Below are positions 11,875 through 22,599 of a stretch of DNA of 64,000 bases, piece by piece. The first letter of the stretch is position 1; each line of letters starts with the position of its first letter. The notes beneath the pieces are model-generated. The model did no database searches and had not been told where the DNA came from. It worked only from the letters and a program-made list of their open reading frames with translations. The position numbers and the translations under genes are program-made. Origin of the DNA: Macrostomum lignano (Eukaryota); NCBI GenBank assembly GCA_002269645.1, contig NIVC01001617.1, positions 3,737 to 67,736 of the forward strand. Direction: 5' to 3'.

Positions 11875-13299
11875 GGTACCCGGACAGCTGCACCCTGCCT
11901 ACATTACAGCAGTGGCACAGGTACCCTGCCTACATTACAGCAGTGGCACAGGTACCCTGCCTACATTGCAGCAGTGGCACAGGTACCCTGCCTACATTGC
12001 AGCAGTGGCACAGGTACCCTGCCTACATTGCAGCAGTGGCACAGGTACCCAGACTACATTACAGCAGTGGCACAGGTACCCTGCCTACATTGCAGCAGTG
12101 GCACAGGTACCCAGACTACATTACAGCAGTGGCACAGGTACCCAGACTACATTACAGCAGTGGCACAGGTACCCAGACTACATTACAGCAGTGGCACAGG
12201 TACCCTGCCTACATTACAGCAGTGGCACAGGTACCCAGACTACGTTACAGCAGGGGCACAGGTACCCTGCCTACATTACAGCAGTGGCACAGGTACCCTG
12301 CCTACATTACAGCAGTGGCACAGGTACCCTGCCTACATTGCAGCAGTGGCACAGGTACCCTGCCTACATTACAGCAGTGGCACAGGTACCCTGCCTACAT
12401 TACAGCAGTGGCACAGGTACCCAGACTACATTACAGCAGTGGCACAGGTACCCAGACTACATTACAGCAGTGGCACAGGTACCCTGCCTACATTACAGCA
12501 GTGGCACAGGTACCCTGCCTACATTGCAGCAGTGGCACAGGTACCCTGCCTACATTACAGCAGTGGCACAGGTACCCTGCCTACATTACAGCAGTGGCAC
12601 AGGTACCCAGACTACATTACAGCAGTGGCACAGGTACCCAGACTACATTACAGCAGTGGCACAGGTACCCTGCCTACATTACAGCAGTGGCACAGGTACC
12701 CTGCCTACATTACAGCAGTGGCACAGGTACCCTGCCTACATTGCAGCAGGGACACAGGTACCCAGACTACATTACAGCAGTGGCACAGGTACCCTGCCTA
12801 CATTACAGCAGTGGCACAGGTACCCTGCCTACATTACAGCAGTGGCACAGGTACCCTGCCTACATTACAGCAGTGGCACAGGTACCCAGACTACATTACA
12901 GCAGTGGCACAGGTACCCTGCCTACATTGCAGCAGGGACACAGGTACCCAGACTACATTACAGCACTGGCACAGGTACCCAGGACAACATTACAGCAGTG
13001 GCACAGGTACCCTGCCTACATTACAGCAGGGACACAGGTACCCAGACTACATTACAGCACTGGCACAGGTACCCAGGACAACATTACAGCAGTGGCACAG
13101 GTACCCTGTCTACATTACAGCAGGGACACAGGTACCCTGCCTACATTACAGCAGGGACACAGGTACCCTGCCTACATTACAGCAGGGACACAGGTACCCT
13201 GCCTACATTACAGCAGGGACACAGGTACCCTGCCTACATTACAGCAGGGACACAGGTACCCTGCCTACATTACAGCAGGGACACAGGTACCCGGACAGC
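11875..13299. repeat. 31-bp minisatellite (ACAGCAGTGGCACAGGTACCCTGCCTACATT), about 45 copies
   Basis: Seen directly; bounded by identical 14-mers GGTACCCGGACAGC at 11875-11888 and 13286-13299. Confidence 0.95.
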
Positions 13300-13728
13300 C
13301 GCTAAATCTGATCGCATCTCATGCAGACAGAGCCTTAAAAAGTCACGCAAGAGCAGCAAGCAGCAGATCAATGGAATCTGCAGCCACATCAGCTCTGCTT
13401 GAGCCACACCCCCACAGCCAGATGCGAGTTTAGAGTTGGGCAAAGCGAACTGAGCCAACCTGAGCGCTTGAAATCGGATATTCGTAGCGAGACGACGACA
13501 GCCGATCGATGATGGCTTGAGAATGCGGCGGCAGCTGGGCGGACTGGGGCCACGCCAGCGGTACGCGAAAGCCGAGGACTGCCTGTTAATATTCATACCA
13601 GCCCACTGGCTCGGTGGCTCATTGCACACGAGTCCAGCATTACTGCAAGTTAAGCAAAGACGGCCGCTGTTAGTAAGTGCACCACTGAATTGGCTGCCAA
13701 CGTAAGGTTACCCATTAAGTTGAGCTCC

Positions 13729-14407
13729 CCGGGCCACGCTGGTTTCCTCGGCAACGAGCTCGCCGACTTGCTGGCTAAGGCTGGCCTAGCCGGCACGCTG
13801 CTGGGGCCGGGCCCGGGGGTCCCCATCCCCGCCTCGGCGATCAACTCCCGTGTTAAGCGCTGGGCTGATTCCGAGCATCTCCGCAGATGGCGCGACACCT
13901 GGGATTGCAGGCAATCCCGTGATGCCGTCCCCTGGCCCTCCCCCTCCTGCGTAGAGCCCTCCTCAGGCTCAACCGCAGAGACCTCAGAGCAGTCAGCACG
14001 GCCCTCTCCGGGCATGGCTGCTTCTCTCGCCACCGCTTCCTTCAGGGCCAAGTACCCGAGGAGCGGTGCCCCTTCTGCCGCTCAGGCAGTGAAGACGCCG
14101 AGCACTTTATCTGCCACTGCCCGGTTTTCACCAGGGCCAGACTCACTCACCTCGGGCCAAACCCGGTTCTCTCCGACGTTTGCAGGCCCGAGAGCATCCC
14201 GCTGCTCGCCCGGTACCTCAGGGACACGGGACGTGCTTACTTCTTACCCACCGCCGGTGAGGAGGACCGCGCTGCAGGCGAGACCGACGGGTCCCCCTGA
14301 GCGACATCGCTTCAACGGAAGTCATTGGTTGCCAGGGGCTAGCGGAATGGGCGGTCTCCTCGGCCTCCTCGCTGCATCCGCCGGACGATGCCCCCTGCAG
14401 CTAATTC
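13729..14407 (+). mobile_element. 5'-truncated non-LTR retrotransposon (R1/I-group LINE) 3' fragment: RNase H C-terminus, CCHC zinc knuckle, 3' UTR
   Basis: PGHAGFLGNELADLLAKAG (RNase H WxPGHxGxxGNExADxLAK); after a frameshift near 13945, LSGHGCF...CPFCRSGSEDAEHFICHCPVF with stop near 14300. Possible TSD AAG(T/C)TGAGCTCC at 13717-13728 and 14408-14419. Confidence 0.85.
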
Positions 14408-15239
14408 AAGCTGAGCTCCAGTTCACCCTGCTGTGGTTGAGCAGCTCTGAGCTACAGATGAGAATGCAGGTCGAGAGCTGCGACTCCCACAGTTCAAATG
14501 CAAAGAAATTCTCCGAGTTTTTGAAAAGTAAAAGTTTGAAATTTTAATGAAAAATTTTATTTTTTGTAACAAATTTCAACACGTATATTCTGAGTTTGCT
14601 ACTCATTTCAGTAGTTCAAGAGAGTTACTTAGAGCTTCATATTTGTAATCCGAGAGTATTCTGCCAGAGAAACTCGATGGCAGTGATTTTTTGCACAGCC
14701 TTTCCCATTTGAGCTGCAGGGCAGGCAGACTCTCCGCAGGACAGGCTGCTCACTCGCTCAGCAACAGGAAAGGCCGCTCAGCCCAGAGCTGCCGCTCCTC
14801 CAGCTCAGCCCCAGCAGAAAGTTGCTGGGTCGGCGGTCTGCTGGCCAGCTGTCGCCACTCACCCGGCCAGAATAGAGCTAAAAACTGTCTGAACTGCGGT
14901 GGCGGGCAGCTCAGGGCGCAGCAGCGAAAGCACGGAATTGTCAGGAAAATTTCTTTCTGAGTTCTCTTTGACTTCAGTCTGCGGTAAGTGTTTGGAATTG
15001 TATAATAACTTTATTATGTATAGTAAGTAGCTTAGTAAATTCGTAACCTAATTGAATAATAATTGTATACTATTTGTAAAACAAATTTATAACAGTTGCA
15101 TAATCATTTTGTAATAATACTTTGCTGCCCGGCACTAAAGGCTGCAGTTTCTGCTGATGGACTCAGTCAAAAAAGACAAAGACAAGTACATGAAAAAGAC
15201 AAAAAAATTACATTAATCAGAAGGAAACATTTTTGCTGA

Positions 15240-15845
15240 TGATCAGACGAAACCATCAGACTGCCAATCAGACAGCCAATCAATCACAGCCAATCAGACA
15301 GCCAATCAATCACAGCCAATCAGACAGCCAATCAGAAAGCCAATCAAACAGCCAATCAATCACAGCAATCAGACAGCCAATCAGACAGCCAATCCAGTCA
15401 GCCAATCAGACAGCCAATCAATCACAGCAATCAGACAGCCAATCAGACAGCCAATCCAGTCAGCCAATCAGACAGCCAATCAATCACAGCAATCAGACGG
15501 CCAATCAGACAGCCAATCAGACAGCCAATCAATCACAGCCAATCAGACAGCCAATCCATCACAGCCAATCAGACAGCCAATCAGACAGCCAATCAGACAG
15601 CCAATCCATCACAGCAATCAGACAGCCAATCAGACAGCCAATCAGACAGCCAATCAATCACAGCAATCAGCAGCCAAAGAGACACAGCCAATCAAACACA
15701 GTAAATCAGAAACAGCCAATCAGACAGCCAAATGGACACGGCCAATCAAAAACAGTAAATCAGAAACAACCAATCAGACACAGCCAATCAAACGGCCAAT
15801 CAGACACAGCCGATCAAACAGCCAATCAGACGCAATCAAGCGCAG
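15240..15845. repeat. CAGCCAATCA(GA) repeat array (CCAAT-box-rich)
   Basis: Seen directly; lies in the putative intron 14984-15893. Confidence 0.92.
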
Positions 15846-15952
15846 AAAACTAAATCAGGGGTGACAGATCCGCAGTCTCTGCTGCAATTTCAGAAGCAGC
15901 AGCTCTATAGTTCTGTGTCGTCTCACTCTGAAAAATCTCAAAAGCGGGGCCA

Positions 15953-16159
15953 ATGGACGCGGACTCCCTGCTGGGACCAGAGGACAGACAGCATCAGTCG
16001 GATTCGGCCAACACGGAGGTGCCCCGCGTGCTGCTGTGCATGTCGCTGTTCGCCAGCCTGCTGGTGCTGGTGCTCATGTGTGACGCCAAGCTGCGCAGAC
16101 GGATCCGGCACTGCGTTCGGGGCTCTGGAAGATCCGTACAGCAGCTCGCGCAGTGCTGA
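15953..16159 (+). CDS. Candidate 68-aa single-pass membrane micropeptide
   Basis: ATG start, C/G-ending codon bias like neighbouring genes, hydrophobic segment VLLCMSLFASLLVLVLMC followed by basic KLRRRIR; upstream donor CG|GTAAGT (14984) and acceptor TTTCAG (15893) suggest a spliced 5' UTR. No family recognised. Confidence 0.55.
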   Translation: MDADSLLGPEDRQHQSDSANTEVPRVLLCMSLFASLLVLVLMCDAKLRRRIRHCVRGSGRSVQQLAQC

Positions 16160-16189
16160 GGACTGAGCAACTGCCGACTGGAGAAATCT

Positions 16190-16500
16190 GAGTTCTGAGT
16201 GCTGATTGCTGAGTGCTGAGTGCTGATTGCTGAGTTCTGATTGCTGATTGCTGAGTGCTGATTTCTGAGTGCTGATTTCTGAGTGCTGATTTCTGAGTGC
16301 TGATTTCTGAGTGCTGATTGCTGAGTGCTGAGTGCTGATTGCTGAGTTCTGATTGCTGAGTTCTGATTTTTGAGTGCTGAGTGCTGAGTGCTGAGTGCTG
16401 ATTTCTGAGTGCTGATTTCTGAGTGCTGATTGCTGAGTGCTGATTGCTGATTCTTGAGTGCTGAGTGCCGAGCGCTGATTGCTGATTGTTTAGTGCTGAA
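16190..16500. repeat. 7/14-bp CTGAGTG/CTGATT(T/G) repeat downstream of the small ORF
   Basis: Seen directly. Confidence 0.9.
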
Positions 16501-17044
16501 TTCTGAGTTGAGTACCGACAGGCAGTCAGCGGAAGCCCCAGCAAGCACTCACTCACACTTACCACTCAGCACAGAGACTTTCTCATAGTTTGATTACCAA
16601 GCAGGCCTCAACCCGACCTGTGCTTTATGCTTTTATTAATTTTCAATCAATGCAATAAAATGAATGCACAGACAATTTTCCATTTTTTTCTACTATTGAA
16701 TGATAGACCAAAACTTTGACAAAGTGCAAAACAGCTCCGACTTTTCGTGTCGCGAGGCAGCCCGAAAACAAAAAACTTTGCTTGCCGCCTGCCTCAAAGA
16801 AGCCGCTGGCGTGCCGCGGGGCGGTGCGGCTTCACGGCCGACTCGGCACGGCTCGGGGGGGGGGGGTTAGGGGGGGTTAGGGGGGGGGCAGGCACGCGGA
16901 AATCTGCGCCAGGCTAAAAGATCTGCTTTCTTTCGCGAGAAGGGAAACGGTGAACTTTTGCTGATAAAGAAAGAAATAGTGCTCCCCTGACTGGCCTCAT
17001 TACCTGAGCATGCAACTTGCAACCTGATTCTCTGCCTATCTCCA

Positions 17045-17420
17045 ACTCAGTCACCCACCTCAGTCACCCACCTCAGTCACCCACCTCAGTCACCCACCTC
17101 AGTCACCCACCTCAGTCACCCACCTCAGTCACCCACCTCAGTCACCCACCTCAGTCACCCACCTCAGTCACTCACCTCAGTCACCCATTTCACCCTCATC
17201 CTAGTCACCCACCTCATCCCCATTTCAGTCACCCACCTCATCCCCACTTCAGTCACCCACCTCATCCCCACTTCAGTCACCCACCTCATCCCCACTTCAG
17301 TCACCCACCTCATCCCCACTTCAGTCACCCACCTCATCCCCACTTCAGTCACCCACCTCATCCCCACTTCAGTCACCCACCTCACCCTCACCCCAGTCCC
17401 CACCCCACCCTAACCTCAGT
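17045..17420. repeat. Compound C-rich array: 12-bp CACCTCAGTCAC, then 24-bp CTCATCCCCACTTCAGTCACCCAC
   Basis: Seen directly. Confidence 0.9.
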
Positions 17421-18301
17421 CAGCCACACTTCTCCACTAGCAAACCAATTTCCACCCAGCTGGCAAAATCACGCACATCAAAATAAATCACTGTTTGAAG
17501 CAGAAAAGATTTTTTAAAACGCTACTTTTACCTCGAACCATCCTGGCCCAATCAATCTCTTTGAAGAGGCCCGAAGGCCTCTCGCTTTGGCTATGCGAGA
17601 GCCCAGCTGCACCGCGAGAAGAGGAAGGAACAGGGGAGGACGGCTGAGCCCTCACCGATGGGCCTTTGAGACCGGGGAAGCATTTCAGCCAGGTGCGAGC
17701 TCAGGACTCGAGGCGGGCGCATGCAGCAACAAGGAGGGGAGTTGAAACGACGAGAAATGCTTGTCTGAAAAGGAAGCTAAGAATTTTCCCCAGCCTGGGG
17801 GGGAAGGCGATCGACTCAAGCTCGCACTCTGTGGGGGAGCAGGCTGTAAGGGATTATCACAGAGATTATTCTTGCCTACAGCGCTTTTACATTAAGGCGT
17901 CGCTAGCCCAAAATTTTTTGGGAAAATGAACCGAACTAAACATTAAGATGCAAGAAGAGCTTAAAGTGCATTTTGCACTTTGAACACCATGGGTACCTTA
18001 AACCTTAAGATACCTTAAGAATTTCAGAAAGAAGAATATAGGAGTAAATTTTTCAGGTCCCGATCGACGTAGGTCTTCTGATTTGCCGCTCCGCCGCAAA
18101 GCTTCGAGCCGCCCATTCGATGCCCGGCAAATCGTCACGAGCGACTTCCAGCTCCGCTTTGATTGGTCGGAGCGGCTGGACGATGGAGAGGCGGAAGCGA
18201 GTGGATGGCTAAATTTGGCAGAGATTGAGAGCGAAGGGAGAGACTTGAGAAGAGATGAAGTGACAGGCAGGCAGGCAGGTCCATCAGTGGAAAAGCCCGT
18301 C

Positions 18302-19044
18302 ATGCTGAGAAGCGGCAGCGGCCCTGGCAACACCGGGAGCGGCATTTTCGGCCAGAGCAACAGCTGCGCCGCGGGGGCCGGCGGCAGCGGCGGCAGCCTG
18401 TCCGCCAGCGCGGCAGCAGCCAACGCCAGCGCCGCCTCGCAGCAGCAGGTGCGCATCGCCATCCTCGGCGCCAGGGCTGTCGGCAAGACTTGCCTGGTTG
18501 AGCAGTTCGTCAACTGCGCCTGTCCGGAGGTGTACGAGCCCACCCAGCTGCCCGCAGTGCACCGGCCCTCCATCCAGCTGAATGAGCGCTCGCTGGAGAC
18601 CCGCCTGATCGACTGCCCGCCGCTCGGCCGCTATCCGCCGACTCCCTGCAGGAATTCGCCACCTGCCGCGGCTACGGCCTTCGCAACGCCAGCGCTTACA
18701 TACTAGTCTATGACGTCACCAACGAAGCCAGCTTCCGGCACGCTCGCCGCCTGCGGCAGGGCATCCGGGAGCAGCGGCCCGAGGCGCCGGTGCTTGTGGT
18801 GGCCAACAAGCTGGACCTCGTGGTGGGCCGCGCAGCCGGCAAGGAGGCCGCAGTCACCGTGCGCAAGCAGTGGAAGTGCCAGTTCGCCGAGTGCTCAGCC
18901 AAGTACAACTGGCGGGTGCAGGCCGCCTTCCGCGACCTGCTCAAGGCGGTGGAGCAGCAGCAGCTCCGGGAGGCGGCCGGGCACAAGCCAGCGACAGCTC
19001 GAGTGCAGGCGGTGCTGCGGCGGAACCAGTGCAGCCTGATGTGA
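18302..19044 (+). CDS. RASL10: RAS-like family 10 small GTPase (intronless), with a 1-bp frameshift near 18627
   Basis: VRIAILGARAVGKT (P-loop), IDCPP, YILVYDVT, VVANKLDL (NKxD), ECSAKYNW, C-terminal LRRNQCSLM (CaaX), matching RASL10A/B. Span is 743 bp, one base short of a multiple of 3; restoring one C in CGCTATCCGCCGAC joins both halves. Confidence 0.9.
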
Positions 19045-20554
19045 CCCGCGCCCACTGTTCCAAGGACAAATAATTGCATTGCTATCCACACGAATTCATA
19101 GCGATTGACAGAGAAAGTTTTTGAGTTTTGAAAATGACTATAGCGCAGTTGAAAGCTACTTTAACGGGTAGACGCTGAGATACCCAAGTCTGCTTGTCCC
19201 TCTTTATAATCGTACATAATCGTACAGAGTACATAGTCATAAAGCCGTTTCTCCACGTGTTTCTATTATATCCGTCGAGTTATAAACGGTTCGGTTCGCT
19301 CATTTCTGTATTATGGCGGTATTTTTGTTAATTCTGAACAATTTGTTTTTCAAGCTGAATGCTCCAAGCAAATGCACCTGATGCTGCGTGCTATTCGAGT
19401 TTCAAATTCACGGGCTCACGATTTTATTAAAGGGTATCTGCAGCTGTTTTCTGCTCTTCTTATCCAGTCGTTTTGATACTTCCTAACCGTCGGCTGACGA
19501 CTGGCTGCTCAAAAAAATGCGGACCGGTGCGCGAAGAGCAAACAGGAGGCTGTGGATATTGGGGATTCGAGCTGGAGAGCTTCGTGACTGGCGGCTTGTC
19601 TGGCGCAGTGGCTTATCTGGCCCAGGACAGCACGGAGCTCGTGTGGAGCACGTTGGCAAACTCCCAGGTCATCTGCTTGTAAGGCGCCAAGGCGGATTTC
19701 AGGTATTCAATCACCTGGCCGAGCCCAGACCATTCGGTACAGTGTATTAAAATCTGAAGACGGTCGAAAATGAACCTATAATTTTGAATATTTGATGGAG
19801 CATCTATCCATTTGCACAAGACATAATAGTACATGTATTGCTGATATAGCAGAGCGGCGAGTCAACTCGTGTGCCGTCAATTTGCATTCCACTAATGCAA
19901 TTGTTGTAAGATATGCTCGCAGCAATTCAGCCTCTCCAGTGCCTGTTCCTTTTCACCTCTATAATTCCGCTCGCAACGGCTCTTTCCTTCCTTCTGCTTC
20001 CCATTCCTCAAGTTAAAATTGTCTCAGCAAAAATAGCTTCCCACCTTGTGCCGTCTCGTTTCTGCTTCGCGGTCGGGTTGGCAAAAATCTTGTGAAATCA
20101 GCTAATCCCTAATCCCTTTGCAGACTTTTATAGACTTCTATTTCATTCCTTCCTTTGTATAAATTCCGCTTCCTTAAACCCTTGAGACGCATCCTGGGAA
20201 GTATTAGCAGGCTCGATCGGCTGGGTTCGCCAACTCGGCACGTTCTAAGCAGATTCAAAGCGCTAGCTCTGGAGTACTGGGCGTGCTTTTTATAGATCCC
20301 GGCAGTAAAAAATGGTAAGCTCCGCTCCACAGCTAAAATGCTCTTTCATTTCTCTATTGTGAAATTGCCCTTCTTGAAACAGAATTCAATCCATTAAGTG
20401 AATCTCACGCTGTGGAGGCGGCTATCACGTAATGCACCGCTCTCTCGCCTTTCAAATACTTGGCTCATCTGGTTCACTCGAGACTTTAGGCATTATCCTC
20501 GTTGCTTTTGTATCTCACATTCGCAATTGATGAAGACTGCAAATAATCCGTTCG

Positions 20555-21243
20555 AGATGCTTTAGAACTGCTCATTATTCCGTTCCAGGTGCTTTAGAAC
20601 TGCTCATTAATCCGTTCCAGGTGCTTTAGAACTGCTCATTAATCCGTTCCAGGTGCTTTAGAACTGCTCATTATTCCGTTCCAGGTGCTTTAGAACTGCT
20701 CATTAATCCGTTCCAGGTGCTTTAGAACTGCTCATTAATCCGTTCCAGGTGCTTTAGAACTGCTCATTAATCCGTTCCAGGTGCTTTAGAACTGCTCATT
20801 ATTCCGTTCCAGGTGCTTTAGAACTGCTCATTAATCCGTTCCAGGTGCTTTAGAACTGCTCATTAATCCGTTCCAGGTGCTTTAGAACTGCTCATTAATC
20901 CGTTCCAGGTGCTTTAGAACTGCTCATTAATCCGTTCCAGATGCTTTAGAACTGCTCATTATTCTATTCCAGATGCTTTAGAACTGCTCATTAATCGGTT
21001 CCAGATGCTTTAGAACTGCTCATTAATCCGTTCCAGATGCTTTAGAACTGCTCATTAATCGGTTCCAGATGCTTTAGAACTGCTCATTAATCGGTTCCAG
21101 ATGCTTTAGAACTGCTCATTAATCGGTTCCAGATGCTTTAGAACTGCTCATTAATCCGTTCCAGATGCTTTAGAACTGCTCATTAATCGGTTCCAGATGC
21201 TTTAGAACTGCTCATTAATCGGTTCCAGATGCTTTAGAACTGC
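20555..21243. repeat. 32-bp minisatellite (GCTTTAGAACTGCTCATTAATCCGTTCCAG(G/A)T), about 21 copies
   Basis: Seen directly; G variant on the left half, A variant on the right half. Confidence 0.95.
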
Positions 21244-21319
21244 TTGGCTATTACCGGCTCTTAACGATGCAGAGTTGTAAATTGATGGTTGACAACGACG
21301 CTTATCTATTCGGCTTCTC

Positions 21320-21334
21320 GTTGCCAATGGCAAC
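21320..21334. promoter_or_regulatory. X-box (RFX) motif
   Basis: GTTGCC-AAT-GGCAAC, perfect half-sites of the RFX consensus; a further half-site GTTGCC at 21364. Confidence 0.5.
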
Positions 21335-22094
21335 ATGCATACGAGGTTTCGAGCAGCTCGCTAGTTGCCAAGGCCGGTATAAGCAGAAAGTGACACAATT
21401 ATCAATCAATTATTCTCCATAGAGCGATATTAGCAAGCATCCTGCATCAATAATGTATATTTCATAGATTTTCCTATCGGAATTAAAATATAAAATACGC
21501 ACTGCAATAAGAAATCAAAGCAGAGTTAGCATAATTATATATAGTTTAATAATTAATATAAAAAGCGCCCAACAACAACATCGGCTTGGATCAGCGGGTC
21601 CCGAACAGTCCAGCGCCAACCGGTCCAAAATGCCGAGTGCAGCAGTAAAAGACTGTTAAAATTGGGCCACGGCTTAAACTACTAAAAGTAGCTTATAAGC
21701 TTACAAACAATTAGCGGTGCGGCATGCGCCTCAGCTGACGGTGAGGTAATTAATGCACAGAGAGAAGCATGCTGCTTAAGCGGCAATTAGAACTTCAATT
21801 CAAAAGTGACTACGAAATTATCGTTAATTTTGAAACACTTCTATAAGCTCAAGGAGCGAGCGCACCTTGCGTATAGCAAAAAAGCCGGTTTAGCAAACAT
21901 TAAATGGACCCAGAGGCGATAAAAGTGGCTAATGCAGACAGACTCAGAAATACAGTTCGCTAAAATAAACTAGAGGCTTAACAGAAATATCCGGCACAGG
22001 CGGTCGGGTACGGCAGTTACTACTATGTGTAATAATATGAGACTATTATACACACCGCAACTCCGACTCAGGACATGCAAGCGGCGGCTAGCAA

Positions 22095-22540
22095 CAGGGT
22101 GCTTGGGTGGCTTCAGGACATGGGCTGGGCGGCTTCAGGCTATGGATTGGGTGGCTTCAGGACATGGGCTGGGCGGCTTCAGGCTATGGATTGGGTGGCT
22201 TCAGGACATGGGCTGGGCGGCTTCAGGCTATGGATTGGGTGGCTTCAGGACATGGGCTGGGCGGCTTCAGGCTTTGAATTGGGTGGCTTCAGGCTTTGAA
22301 TTGGGTGGCTTCAGGCTTTGAATTGGGTGGCTTCAGGCTTTGAATTGGGTGGCTTCAGGCTTTGAATTGGGTGGCTTCAGGCTTTGAATTGGGTGGCTTC
22401 AGGCTTTGAATTGGGTGGCTTCAGGCTTTGAATTGGGTGGCTTCAGGCTTTGAATTGGGTGGCTTCAGGCTTTCAATTGGGTGGCTTCAGGCTTTGAATT
22501 GGGTGGCTTCAGGACATGAGCTGGGTGGCTTCAGGACATT
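22095..22540. repeat. 22-bp minisatellite (GGGTGGCTTCAGGCTTTGAATT and variants) at the ILK 3' end
   Basis: Seen directly. Confidence 0.92.
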
Positions 22541-22599
22541 GGTTGCATGACTTCAGGCAATGAAACGGGGTCTTCAGACAGGGAACTTCACCCTTCAAC

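Noticed and set aside
10145-13299. CRISPR-like arrays (46-bp and 31-bp repeats, also 20555-21243)
   Set aside because: Head-to-tail repeats with no unique spacers, no cas genes, eukaryotic context.
11795-13433. Three overlapping 443-535 aa plus-strand ORFs
   Set aside because: The 31-bp repeat cycles through all three frames; no unique coding sequence.
14320-14400. tRNA- or ncRNA-like GC-rich stem
   Set aside because: No cloverleaf or A/B boxes; position fits the LINE 3' UTR.
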